A DNA stretch of 64,000 nucleotides from Longimicrobiales bacterium (lineage in GTDB: Bacteria > Gemmatimonadota > Gemmatimonadetes > Longimicrobiales > Gaopeijiaceae): contig JAWLHJ010000001.1 of the NCBI GenBank assembly GCA_041690395.1, forward strand, positions 768,001 to 832,000, read 5' to 3'. How positions within the stretch are numbered: position 1 is the first letter of the stretch; every line of letters starts with the position of its first letter. This document shows positions 28,023 through 38,030 of this stretch, piece after piece. Made by a program: the position numbers and the translations under genes. The notes beneath the pieces were generated by a model. It saw nothing but the letters and a program-made list of their open reading frames with translations, searched no databases and was not told the DNA's origin.

Positions 28023-28134
28023 CTACTCGGGCGGCGGATGCTCGCGGAGCAGCACCTTCCGCGAGATAGAAGGAGACCGCCGCGTCGATGTCCTCTCGGG
28101 CGCGTCGCCGGAGGATGACCTCCGCCGCCGTCAC
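28023..28134 (-). pseudogene. parE: ParE/RelE toxin, N-terminal remnant
   Basis: VILRRRAREDIDAAVSFYLAEGA, after which similarity is lost; GTGA overlap with the parD stop. Confidence 0.7.
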
Positions 28135-28356
28135 TCGGGCCGGTGCGCGTCGATGCGGGCGTGCAGGGACTGGAAATACGCCTTGTTCACGGTGACGTCC
28201 TCCGGGGAGGCCCCACCCTCGAGTACGAGTGCGCGCAGGCGGGCGCGGTCCTGCTCTCTGCGCATCAGCTCCCGGATATTCTCGCTACCCGCGCGTGACC
28301 TCGTCTTCAACGAAGGCCTTCAACGAATCCGGAAGGGAAATGTTCATGGTGCCCAT
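28131..28356 (-). pseudogene. parD: ParD antitoxin, frameshifted
   Basis: MGTMNISLPDSLKAFVEDEVTRG-stop (28285), continuing in another frame as SENIRELMRREQDRARLRALVLEGGAS..YFQSL. Confidence 0.85.
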
Positions 28357-28470
28357 GGAGCCAACGTAGTGGGGCATGGCAAAAATTGGGAATGGGGAGC
28401 GGGAGGTTGCGCACCCCTCGCCCGCGCTCGACCTTGGCCCGGGTCGCATTAGAGTCCAGCCAGGACCGCC

Positions 28471-31155
28471 ATGCCCGCTGAATCCATCGTCATCGGCATC
28501 GTCTTCCTGGTAGGCGTGGCGGCTACCGGCTATCTCCTTCGCCCCAGCCGACTCAGGCGGCTCGCCCTCGAGAAGGCCCGTACAGCCATCGCGGCGGCCG
28601 CGCCCCTCACGCCGATCACCGGTCAGGACTACCTGCGCACGTCCCAGGTTCGGCGATGGCTCGACCGACATCCGCGCCACAAGCGGGGGGCGCTCACGCG
28701 CTGGCAGCGCCGACGCCTGAAGCACCATCCCGAGTTGCAGGCGGCCTACGACGAGGTGTCCGCTCTCTTCGACCGCCCCTGGCGATGGGCGGCGGAGCGC
28801 AATGAAGCGTACGTCCACGCCCGCCTCGACGAGCTGGACCAATGGTTCGCTACGCGCTTGCCGTACCCCCTGACCCACGAGCAGCGGAGGGCCGTCGCCA
28901 CGGACGAGGACAACAACCTCGTCGTGGCCGGCGCGGGCTCGGGAAAGACGTCGGTCATCCTGGGAAAGCTGGCCTACCTCGTGGAGCAGCGGGGCGTCCC
29001 GCCGGCCGACATCCTCGTGCTCGCGTTCAACAGCACCGTCGCTGCGGAGCTCAGGGAGCGCATCGACTCCCTTGGGATGCCGATGCCGGAGGTCTCGACC
29101 TTCCACGCGAAGGGCTTCGACATCCTCGGCGCGGCACGAGGGCGCAAGCCGGCCGTGTCGGCGCTCTCCACGGACCGGACGGCACTCCAGCGCTTCCTGT
29201 CCGAACGGTTCGCCGCCAGGATGCGCAACCGCACCTATCGCAAGCGCTTCGCGAAGTGGTGGGTCGAGCGGCGCGTCGAGGCCAGCGAGCTGAAGTCCGA
29301 CACGCCCGACGAGCGCCTCCGCAAGGAACGATCCCTGGGGTTGCGCACGCTCATCGGGGTCCAGGTGCAGTCGCAGTCGGAGGTGAAGGTCGGTGACGGG
29401 CTGACGCTCCGTGGCATCCGGTGGGAACACGAGCCGCGGTACCCGCACACGCCGGCCAGCACCGAGCGGCGCGACTACACCCCGGACTTCTACCTCCCCG
29501 ACCACGACGTCTGGATCGAGGTATGGGCGTGCGACAAGACGGAGGAGCGATTTCCGCCGGAGATCCCCAAGGCGCGTTACAAGGAAGACATGGCGTGGAA
29601 GCGCGAGCTTCACGACACCTGCGGAACGAAGCTCATCGAGGTCTTCCAGAACGACGTCTGGGGCGGACGCCTGGAAGACCGCCTCACCGGGCTGCTCGAG
29701 GAAGTACAGGTCCGAACGAAGGAGCCTTCGGGCGAAGCGCTGGAGCGCCTCCTGGCGTCCGTCGAGGACAGCTTCCCTCCGTTCGTGGGCCTCCTGAGCT
29801 CGTTCCTCGAGCTGTTCCGTTCCGGTGGCTGGGCGCGCGCCGAAGTGCAGAAGAGCGCGAAGTCGCGGAGGGACCGCGAGTTCCTCGAGCTCTTCTGGCC
29901 GATCCTGGACGATTACGAGGAGGCGCTCCGGCTCGAAGGGAAGATCGACTTCAGCGAGATGCTCCTCGGCGCATGCAAGGCGATGGAGGACGGATTCGAT
30001 CCGCCTGCCTATCGGTACATCCTGGTCGACGAGTTCCAGGACGTGTCGCGCGCCCGGCTGGAGCTGGTTCGCCACCTCCGCGGATCGGCTGGCGACTGCC
30101 GGACGTTCCTCGTGGGTGATGACTGGCAGTCCATCTACCGTTTCGCGGGTTCCGACGTGTCCTACTTCACCGCGGCACCGGAGTACCTAGGCGCCACGGC
30201 GCGCACGGACCTGGGCCAGACCTTCCGGCTCACGCCCGACGTGGCGGCGCTGTCGAGCCGCTTCATCACCAGGAATCCCGCGCAACTCGACAAGCAGATC
30301 ATCCCTCGGGAGGCGGGTCTCGATGGGCCTTCCGTCGTGCTCCGGCTGTATGACGTGTCGGAAGCGCGCGCCCTTCAGGAGGTCCTGGAGGAGATCAGTC
30401 GGGCCGAGACCGGCCGGGCGCGCGTGCTCGTGCTCGGCCGCTACAATCACACGCTCCTCGCGTTGGACGAGCTTCCGTTCCAGGTGCCGGGGAACCTGGT
30501 GCTCCAACCGCTCACGGTGCACCGTGCCAAGGGCCTGGAAGGCGATCACGTGATCGTGCTCGACTTGAACAGCGGCCGTTACGGATTCCCGTCCGAGATC
30601 GAGGACGACTCGGTGCTCCGGCTGCTCCTCGCCAACGAGGAAGCGTTCCCCAACGCCGAGGAGCGGCGGCTGTTCTACGTGGCGCTGACGAGAGCCCGGT
30701 CGCGCGTCTACCTCTTCGCGCCTGCTCCGGACCCGTCGTCCTTCGTCCAGGAGTTGCTGGAAGGCGACTATGCCGAATGGATCGGGGCTTCCAAAGCCTG
30801 GTCGGCGGGCTGCCGATGTCCTCGCTGCCGGGGCATGACCATCCGTCGCAAGGAGGGCCCGTCCGGCAGCTTCTGGGGCTGCATCAACTACCCGGCGTGT
30901 CACGGGACCCTCCCAACCTGCTTCGAGTGCGGGGCCGGGATCCTCGAGCCCCGGAGTGACGAGCGCGGTATGCTCCTCGCCTACACGTGTTCGGAGTGCG
31001 GACAGGCTGCGGCGCTCTGTCCTGACTGCGCGGTGGGCGCCATGGTTCCGCGCGACGGCCCCCGAGGGCCGTTCATGGGATGTTCGGAGTGGCGGTGGGA
31101 CGGGCGGGGGTGCGGGTATACACGGGGGGTGGCAGGGGCTCGGGCGAGCTCGTAG
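28471..31155 (+). CDS. UvrD/helicase IV-like SF1 helicase with N-terminal TM helix, inserted nuclease-like domain and C-terminal Zn ribbons
   Basis: AGAGSGKT, LVDEFQD, VGDDWQSIYRF, TVHRAKGLE, EERRLFYVALTRA; YTPDFYL..WIE insert; CPRC/GCINYPAC/CPDC topoisomerase-type Zn ribbons. Confidence 0.9.
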   Translation: MPAESIVIGIVFLVGVAATGYLLRPSRLRRLALEKARTAIAAAAPLTPITGQDYLRTSQVRRWLDRHPRHKRGALTRWQRRRLKHHPELQAAYDEVSALFDRPWRWAAERNEAYVHARLDELDQWFATRLPYPLTHEQRRAVATDEDNNLVVAGAGSGKTSVILGKLAYLVEQRGVPPADILVLAFNSTVAAELRERIDSLGMPMPEVSTFHAKGFDILGAARGRKPAVSALSTDRTALQRFLSERFAARMRNRTYRKRFAKWWVERRVEASELKSDTPDERLRKERSLGLRTLIGVQVQSQSEVKVGDGLTLRGIRWEHEPRYPHTPASTERRDYTPDFYLPDHDVWIEVWACDKTEERFPPEIPKARYKEDMAWKRELHDTCGTKLIEVFQNDVWGGRLEDRLTGLLEEVQVRTKEPSGEALERLLASVEDSFPPFVGLLSSFLELFRSGGWARAEVQKSAKSRRDREFLELFWPILDDYEEALRLEGKIDFSEMLLGACKAMEDGFDPPAYRYILVDEFQDVSRARLELVRHLRGSAGDCRTFLVGDDWQSIYRFAGSDVSYFTAAPEYLGATARTDLGQTFRLTPDVAALSSRFITRNPAQLDKQIIPREAGLDGPSVVLRLYDVSEARALQEVLEEISRAETGRARVLVLGRYNHTLLALDELPFQVPGNLVLQPLTVHRAKGLEGDHVIVLDLNSGRYGFPSEIEDDSVLRLLLANEEAFPNAEERRLFYVALTRARSRVYLFAPAPDPSSFVQELLEGDYAEWIGASKAWSAGCRCPRCRGMTIRRKEGPSGSFWGCINYPACHGTLPTCFECGAGILEPRSDERGMLLAYTCSECGQAAALCPDCAVGAMVPRDGPRGPFMGCSEWRWDGRGCGYTRGVAGARASS

Positions 31156-31257
31156 TTCTGCCGGACCGGGTCGTGCGTCAGGGTGCCCGAGCGGGCTTCG
31201 CGATGTCCCGATGGAGTGCGCCGGTGCGCCGTCGAGAGCTCCTCGTACTCGCGTCGG

Positions 31258-31533
31258 TCAGGCGGCGGTCAGCGGTGAGAGGGCACCAGGGCTCGGGCGC
31301 TGCAGCCCGAGGGCGTCGAACACTCCGTAGATGTCCTGGGCGGTAGCGCTGACGGGGTCGATGACCTCGATCCCGAGAGGCCGTCCGTCCTCACCGTAGT
31401 CCACCACGATCTCCGGGCGGAGCTCTTCCGATCGGACGCTTCGTTCCCCTAGATCGCGACCCAGGCCGACGTAGGCGGCGAACGGCTGGCCGTTCCTGTA
31501 GGTCATCTGAACGGAGACGTGGGACATGGTCAT
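31258..31533 (-). CDS. DUF2283-type protein (putative antitoxin)
   Basis: AAYV..SVRSEE..IVVDYGEDGRPLGIEVID. Confidence 0.8.
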   Translation of the reverse strand: MTMSHVSVQMTYRNGQPFAAYVGLGRDLGERSVRSEELRPEIVVDYGEDGRPLGIEVIDPVSATAQDIYGVFDALGLQRPSPGALSPLTAA

Positions 31534-31535
31534 CG

Positions 31536-31781
31536 TCAGTCTCGGGGGAAGGCGGTCACAACGTAAGTAATCTGATCCATCGGATCGGGTTCCACCACCA
31601 CGGCCCACCGCCGGCCGTGGAGTCGGGAAGTCACGATCCATCTGCCCGGACGACGAGCCGGCCTGATCGCTCGGGCCCGCGCCAGCATGAGGCGAAGCTC
31701 CGCTTCCGAAAATCCGCGGTCCTCCATCCTCCGCTCGACATGGGGCAACAGGATGAACGGCCACGACCACCAGTCCGGCAT
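31536..31781 (-). CDS. DUF4258-type protein (putative RelE-like toxin)
   Basis: HVERRMEDRGFSEAEL..W.VVVE..YVVTAF, directly upstream of the DUF2283-type gene. Confidence 0.75.
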   Translation of the reverse strand: MPDWWSWPFILLPHVERRMEDRGFSEAELRLMLARARAIRPARRPGRWIVTSRLHGRRWAVVVEPDPMDQITYVVTAFPRD

Positions 31782-31946
31782 CGCCACGCGCGGCCTCCAC
31801 GGCTCCGGATGAATCCGGATGACGTTGCCCCTGGTCGATGGGCGGACACATGGCGGGATGAGCCGAGAAGCAGCGCATAGCCAACCGTCACACACCCGCC
31901 GTACCTTGCGCCCGTCCGCTCCCCAAACACCGGATCAAGCGATCCC

Positions 31947-32630
31947 ATGCTGATCTACCATCCACCCACCCGCCCCCTCGTCCCCACCCACGGCGCCGAA
32001 GACTGGAAGGCCTTCCTCGCCGCTCCCGAGAAGCACTGGAAGGACGGGCGGTCCGCGAAGATGCTCGCGGAGCGATGGGAGCAGAGCCGGCCCGATGTGC
32101 CCGAAGAGCTCCGCACCGCGTTCAAAGGGACGCCGTTCGAGGCGTTCCTACCGCTCGTCGCGTTTCCGGAGTACCAGGTCCCGCTCGCCGGCAGGGGCAA
32201 AGCGTCGCACAACGACCTCTGCGTGATCGGCCGGATCGACGCCGACCTCGCGGTGATCATGATCGAGGGGAAGGTCGACGAGTCGTTCGGGCCCTTGCTG
32301 TCCGACTGGCTTAAGAACGCATCGAACGGGAAGCGGCAGCGGCTCGCATTCCTGAAGGAGACGCTCGGCCTGAACGGGACGGTCGACGGATCGATCCGCT
32401 ACCAGCTCCTCCACCGCACGGCGTCTCCCGTGCTGGAGGCCGTTCGGCACCGCGCGAAGTACGCGGCCATGGTCGTGCACTCGTTCAGCGACGCAGATGC
32501 GTGGCTCGCGGATTACCAGGCGTTCGCGCGGGTGCTCGGGGTGGAGGGGCGGAAGGGCACGGTGGAGCGGGTGCCGGGACGGGAGGGTCCGGAGCTGTGG
32601 GTGGGGTGGGTCACGGAGCCGGCGGGCTGA
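31947..32630 (+). CDS. DUF6946-type putative PD-(D/E)XK nuclease
   Basis: KHWKDGRSAKMLA..W, PEY.VPL, SHNDL, IEGKVDESFGP, IRYQLLHRTAS, VHSF. Confidence 0.75.
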   Translation: MLIYHPPTRPLVPTHGAEDWKAFLAAPEKHWKDGRSAKMLAERWEQSRPDVPEELRTAFKGTPFEAFLPLVAFPEYQVPLAGRGKASHNDLCVIGRIDADLAVIMIEGKVDESFGPLLSDWLKNASNGKRQRLAFLKETLGLNGTVDGSIRYQLLHRTASPVLEAVRHRAKYAAMVVHSFSDADAWLADYQAFARVLGVEGRKGTVERVPGREGPELWVGWVTEPAG

Positions 32631-32697
32631 CCCTTCAGCGTTGAGGGCTCAACACCGTGCGATCGCGAAGGGGAATTCTTGCTAATCCTTCCGACGC

Positions 32698-32895
32698 TTA
32701 CCGCGACGTAGGCCGACGATGCTGGTCGGAATGCTTCAGCATAGCTCCGCCCAAGGGAGGCTGGAGTCGGTAATCGCCGATCGTGACACCGACTTCTGCC
32801 AGCCTACGGACGACCTCTCTGCTGCGCTCGAGAGCCGTTGGGTCCACCTGTGGACTCCGATCCACGATCTCCTTCAAGAGATCCTTGTCTAGCAC
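32698..32895 (-). CDS. Small hypothetical protein
   Basis: 65-aa ORF in a lower-GC patch; family not certain. Confidence 0.45.
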   Translation of the reverse strand: MLDKDLLKEIVDRSPQVDPTALERSREVVRRLAEVGVTIGDYRLQPPLGGAMLKHSDQHRRPTSR

Positions 32896-33210
32896 GGAAT
32901 GCTCCTAGAAGAACTGCGGCGTGTGGACAAAGGATGATATCCCATTGCGACCCATGTGATCCTGGAGAAACCAAAAGTGATTCCAGACAGCATCCCGCAA
33001 TGTGGTGTCGGAGCCGCAATCCTGAATCTTGAGCTTCAACTCATCCTGGAGCGCTATCGTTGGTGGTTGGCGGCATGTTGGACTCGGGCATGCTCGTTCC
33101 TGATTTCGGTCAGTGATGAGGGAAAAATTGATGATACGAAGCAGGGGGGCGAGCCTGCCATGGTCGGATGGGACGGCGAGATGAGCGTGGGGGGCCTCAT
33201 GCCTCACCCC

Positions 33211-33864
33211 CTAACCGAGCCGTCGCCTGAGCGCCTCCTCGATCCGTTGTCTGTAGATCTCCGGCTGGAGATCGGTCCCCCCGCCGCGGTTGTTCGACCC
33301 CGCATTCCACCGTCCGCCGAAATGCTCGTCGATGTCCTTGATGCGGAGGTCATGCAGGGACAGCCCCTCGGGAGCGGCCGGGCCGAGCCGCACCTTGATT
33401 CGCCATGGACGCGGCAGGGTCGTGCTTCGCGTGGCGATCACGATGACTGCGGCCTCCGGCAGGAACGGCTGGAAGAGCTCTCCCTCCACCTGGTCATCGA
33501 GGACGCCGAGCACCACCCCGCCGTCGCCCTGGAACCGTCCCTCTCGTACGAGCTGCTCAGCAGCCTCCCGTGCGCGGCGCCGGGCGTCCGATGCGTTCCG
33601 TCCATACGGGCTCAGCGGAATCTCGCTCACCATGCGATCGAGATCCTCGAAGAAGTCGAAGAGCCCCTTGGCGTCGGGGATGGGTCTCTCGTCCCGGCCC
33701 CACTGAGCATCCAGGCCCTGCAGCAGATCCGCCATGTCGTTCTCCTCGCCGGTGTGATCGGCGGCGAGTGAGGCGGCGGTGAAGCGCTCCTCAGGGTCGA
33801 GACGGCCCGAGAGGATGCCTGACGAAAGGACGGTGTCGCAGTCCATGTGGTTGACCACCACGCG
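33211..33864 (-). pseudogene. DHH-like phosphoesterase (DUF6687-like), probably N-terminally truncated
   Basis: Begins almost directly at VVNHMDCDTVLS; AADHTG and FGGRWNAGSN motifs; in-frame stop at 33904-33906. Confidence 0.5.
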
Positions 33865-33930
33865 ATGGGCTCCTCCTGGAACGTGCTTCGCGGGCCTCGA
33901 GGCCTACCGGCACATCTTCGCCGCAGACTT

Positions 33931-34620
33931 CCGCGGAAGAGCTACCACACCGAGTACCCGTTCTGGTATCTGCGGAACGACGGGCTCTGGGAGGTCCAGG
34001 GGGTGGCCGAGGCCAAGGTGCGGGAAGGGAAGGCGAGCCAGCCGACGAAGGGCGAGCTCGTGCGGGTGGGGGCGACGGGTGGCCTGGTCCCGGAGGCGTA
34101 CGAGGGGCTCCGGGCCGATCCCGCGTTCCTGCACCAGGTGGCCAGCCAGCTGGTGGACGCCCACTTCCCGGACTCCATCCGGAGCGACGTGCTCGCGGCC
34201 GTGGGGCTCGACGAGCTGGAGGTGGTCCGGAGGAGGAAGCGCGACCGGAAGTTCCGCGAGGCGGTGCTCGTCGCCTACGGATACCGCTGCTGCGTGTGCG
34301 ACTTCGATGCCCGGCTCGGCCACGCGCCCCTCGCCATCGAGGCGGCGCACATCAAGTGGCACCAGGCGGGCGGGCCGGATCGGCTGTCGAACGGCCTCGG
34401 GCTATGCGCGTTGCATCACAAGCTGTTCGACCGGGGGGCGTTCACGCTGGGGTCCTCCGGTGAGGTGGTGGTGTCGGAGCTGGTGAACGGAGGGAAGGCG
34501 ACGGAGGAGGGACTGCTGCGGTATGCGGGGCGGGAGGTTCGGCGGCCGAGGAGGCGGGAGGGGTGGCCGAGCACGAAGTTCATCGAGTGGCACCGGGGGG
34601 AGGTGTTTCGGGGTGGGTGA
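33931..34620 (+). pseudogene. HNH restriction endonuclease (SBD-HNH/phosphorothioate-dependent type), N-terminus missing
   Basis: EYPFWYLRNDGLWEV, RDRKFREAVLVAYGYRCCVC, EAAHIKWH, NGLGLCALHHKLFDRG; upstream sequence is the antisense of the neighbouring gene. Confidence 0.75.
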
Positions 34621-34626
34621 TGAACG

Positions 34627-35661
34627 CTAGCCCAGCACCCCCACCATCCCCGCATGCACCTCCCGCCACGGCCGCCCGAGGTCCACCGACCGCGCCTGGA
34701 ACCGGTGCCCGTGTGTCCGGAACTCCACCCGCGTCTCCCGGCCCACGGTGGGGTAGAGCAGAATCCCCTCATGTTGTGGACCGTCGGGCTGTGCCCGCTC
34801 CCGGTTCATGACATACGCGAACATCTGGTACAGGTGGCCCGCGCGGAGCTTGGCCGCATCTTCATCTCCGAGCCCGCCGTCCTTGTAATACTTCGTGTCG
34901 AGGATGATGCGTCGGTCCACGTTGGTCAGAAGTAGATCCGGCTCCATCCGTGGAATCCTTCCCTCGGATGCGGGGCCAACGGGCTCGAGCGCCCACCAAG
35001 CGAGATGCGTCTGCGGACGAACCCGGTAGCTCGTCTCCCGCTCGTAGAAGCGAGCAGCGAACCGCTCGAACACACGCCACATCTTGAGATCTTCGGGCCC
35101 GACGGCCAGGAACCGGGTCTTACCGGCCACCGGGTCGACAATCCGAGCCTGGAGGAGCAGTCGGCACACGTGAATGGGAAACCGATACCGACGGCGATTC
35201 CGGTCGAGCTGGATGCGGCTGAACATTCGCAGCGACAAGGGTCGCTCGGTCACACCGCTCATCCGCGGCAGCGCACGACGCACCTCGCCCCGGACGCGCG
35301 GGTCCAACGTGGGAGTCCGCGACAGCATGGCCAGCGTCGAGGCAAGGATCTGGTTGTGAAGCACGTCGGTGGAGAGATCCTCGAACGAGCAAGCAAGCCG
35401 GTTTCGGATGAGCGTGTTGCTCCGAACGGTTTCGTTGAGCTCGATCTTCCCGCGGACGCCGGCCAGCTCCTCCTGGAACGGCACGTAGCTCCGGTCGAGC
35501 CCCCGCCTCGAGAGCCGGATCACGGAGCGGGCGAGCACCCATCCGAAGAGATCCTCCAAGCGGTCGAAGCGGTCGAGCTGCCGAGCCTCGGCGCTTTCCA
35601 GCTCTCCGACCTCGTCCCATGCGTAGCAGAGGAGATAGAAGAGGTTCTGGACGGGGATCAC
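34627..35661 (-). CDS. mcrC: McrC restriction endonuclease subunit
   Basis: IPVQNLFYLLCYAW, RGKI, HNQIL, PD..IILDTKYY, HLYQMFAY, GILLYP; GTGA coupling to mcrB. Confidence 0.92.
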   Translation of the reverse strand: MIPVQNLFYLLCYAWDEVGELESAEARQLDRFDRLEDLFGWVLARSVIRLSRRGLDRSYVPFQEELAGVRGKIELNETVRSNTLIRNRLACSFEDLSTDVLHNQILASTLAMLSRTPTLDPRVRGEVRRALPRMSGVTERPLSLRMFSRIQLDRNRRRYRFPIHVCRLLLQARIVDPVAGKTRFLAVGPEDLKMWRVFERFAARFYERETSYRVRPQTHLAWWALEPVGPASEGRIPRMEPDLLLTNVDRRIILDTKYYKDGGLGDEDAAKLRAGHLYQMFAYVMNRERAQPDGPQHEGILLYPTVGRETRVEFRTHGHRFQARSVDLGRPWREVHAGMVGVLG

Positions 35662-37907
35662 GAGACGCCCAAACGCTCCGCGTGACGGTCCGCGAGTGCG
35701 GGGTTGTCGAACCAGTACTCACGCAGAAGTGGAAGGATCTGGGTGCGTACGATGGACCGGTACCAGTCGATGTCGAAGGAGGATCCGATCTCGCTGGGTA
35801 CGAAGTAGCTGTGCCCGATCTCGAAGCCTGGCCCGAGGTTCTGAGTGTCCTCGCTGATCTCCTTGTTCAGGGCACGGAACCGCTCGTCGATGAGGCGCAC
35901 CACCCCCTCGTCCACGCCCGCGTCTGCCAGGTGCTCGATGAACGCCTCCGATCCATAGGCCGGCTTGAGGCTGAAGAAGGCGAAGCGCCTGCGGAGCGCG
36001 TAGTCCACCATGGCCAGCGAGCGATCCGCGGTGTTCATCATCCCGAGGATGTGCACGTTGTCCGGCACCGAGAACCGTTCGCCGTCGTGTGCGTAGGTGA
36101 GAGCCACGGCGTGGTTGGCCCCTCGCTTGTCCGCCTCGATGAGCATCATGAGCTCACCGAAGATTCGGCTCAGGTTACCGCGGTTGATCTCATCGATGAT
36201 GAACACGAACGGCTCCCGGGGCCGTGCTCGGGCCCGCTCACAGAACCGGTAGAACACCCCGTTGCGGAGCTCGAACCCGCCCGTGCGCGTCGGTCGGATG
36301 CCTTGGATGAAGTCCTCGTATGCATAGCTCTGATGGAACTGGACGAACTCGACGTTCTCCGGAGCCTTCCGCCCGATGAGGGCCCAGGCGAGACGCCGCG
36401 CGACAAAGGTCTTGCCGACCCCCGGCGGGCCCTGGAGGATGGCGTTCTTCATCTGTGCCAAAGTGTCCAGGATGTGCTGGACATTCTGCTCGGGCATGAA
36501 CAGGCCTTCCATGGCATGCTGGAGAGTATAGGGACCCGAAGCGTCACCGTCGGTGGTGGTTTCGTCCGGGGCCGCGCCGATCCATCCGAAGGCCTTACGT
36601 ACCCAGTTCGGGTACTTCGTGAAGTCCGTAAGGGTCTTGTTGGCCACCCGCCGGTCTTCCGGGATCTCCCAACCCTCCACGGGTGTCCAATCAACGGTGC
36701 GGGTGTGCTGATACTCGGCCCGGTCCTCCTCGTAGACGTAGTCGCCGGTCACACGGCCGTGCGCGAGCAGCGTGCTGGCTCCCCTCTTCGCGAGGATGAC
36801 GTCCCCGGCCGCCATGACGTGCCCGAACTCCCAACACGCCAAGGAGTCGTTGGTGGGATTCTCCTTCCCGGAGACCGAGGCGATCTCGGCCTGGATCTCC
36901 TCGCGAGACGAGAATGCCGAAAGATCTCCCAGGTAGTCCCACCCGATGGCGGCGATGCCTTCCCGTTCGAAGTCGGTCCAGAGGCGGCCGCCTTCACCGG
37001 CGGCCAGCAGCCACACGCGATCAGTCTTCAGCTCCTTTCGTAACCAGGCTTCGCTTTCGGTCTGTGGCTGGTCCGGCGCAGCTCCGTCCCCGTCTGGGAC
37101 CGTCTTATCCTCGCGCCAGCGCTCAGCGACAGCCTTCGTCTTGTAGAAGTGGAGTTCCTCTCCGTACTCCGCCGAGAGCGCCTCGCGAACCTGAAGGACA
37201 GCTCGGTCGAGCGCCGTGACGTCGGTGTAGTCCAGCTCACGGTCGGTGTCGATCAGCTCGTGGAACGCCTCAGCGATTTCCTCCTTGTGCCGCCGCCCCG
37301 TGATCGCCTCGAACGAATCCGGGAAGAGCAGATAGCAGAGGATGTGAGGTAATTGGCGCCGGGCCGCTCCTTCCACCTGACGTACCCACTCCGCAAAGAC
37401 CCACGGGCTTGCCAGCAGCTCCTCACGCTCGGCCCTCGGGAGGCCCATCCACCGCTCGAGCATTCGGATGAAGAAGACCAGCTCCCGCCAGCGATGTGTG
37501 TTGTAGGCCGTTCCCGGATGCGCGACGCCCGTATCGAGCACCTCCCCCAGGGCCCAATGGTCTTCGGGGATGTTCTCCCCGGACCATGCGAACACCTTGC
37601 GGATCTGGAGGCGCTTTGTGGCGCCTGACGCCGCCCGGCTTGAGACGATCAGGTACATCACCCACAGCAACTCGGCGGCGAGCCGGACCGATTGGGGGGG
37701 TGCGTCGGCCATCTGCTTCTCGAACTTCTGGAAGAAGTCCCCCTCACCTTCGTCGAGGTTCTCGACGTAGTGGGTGATGAGGCCTTGGACGGCAGACGCG
37801 GTCCAGATCGGCTGATCGGTGAACACCGAGCCCTCGTCGAGAAGACACCTGTCTCGCCAATGCGCGGCCGCGTTCAGGACTGGGGTGGCTTCCGGAGAAC
37901 GCGCCAT
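35658..37907 (-). CDS. mcrB: McrB AAA+ GTPase with extended N-terminal recognition region
   Basis: GPPGVGKT, QFHQSYAYEDF, IIDEINRGN, MNTADRS, DYALRRRF, IGHSYF. Confidence 0.95.
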   Translation of the reverse strand: MARSPEATPVLNAAAHWRDRCLLDEGSVFTDQPIWTASAVQGLITHYVENLDEGEGDFFQKFEKQMADAPPQSVRLAAELLWVMYLIVSSRAASGATKRLQIRKVFAWSGENIPEDHWALGEVLDTGVAHPGTAYNTHRWRELVFFIRMLERWMGLPRAEREELLASPWVFAEWVRQVEGAARRQLPHILCYLLFPDSFEAITGRRHKEEIAEAFHELIDTDRELDYTDVTALDRAVLQVREALSAEYGEELHFYKTKAVAERWREDKTVPDGDGAAPDQPQTESEAWLRKELKTDRVWLLAAGEGGRLWTDFEREGIAAIGWDYLGDLSAFSSREEIQAEIASVSGKENPTNDSLACWEFGHVMAAGDVILAKRGASTLLAHGRVTGDYVYEEDRAEYQHTRTVDWTPVEGWEIPEDRRVANKTLTDFTKYPNWVRKAFGWIGAAPDETTTDGDASGPYTLQHAMEGLFMPEQNVQHILDTLAQMKNAILQGPPGVGKTFVARRLAWALIGRKAPENVEFVQFHQSYAYEDFIQGIRPTRTGGFELRNGVFYRFCERARARPREPFVFIIDEINRGNLSRIFGELMMLIEADKRGANHAVALTYAHDGERFSVPDNVHILGMMNTADRSLAMVDYALRRRFAFFSLKPAYGSEAFIEHLADAGVDEGVVRLIDERFRALNKEISEDTQNLGPGFEIGHSYFVPSEIGSSFDIDWYRSIVRTQILPLLREYWFDNPALADRHAERLGVS

Positions 37908-38030
37908 ACTGGGCTTGCCCTGCTGATGAAAAGAGTCGTTGATCGCGAGCGGGTAGGGTACGCGTGAGCTCGGGGTGGGGAAAGGACCGCAGTTTCCTGG
38001 CCGAGGAAAGGCGCCTACAATGCTCGGATC

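Noticed and set aside
28357..30075. 596-aa minus-strand ORF
   Set aside because: Antisense shadow of the UvrD gene; only its last 23 codons are real (the parD N-terminus).
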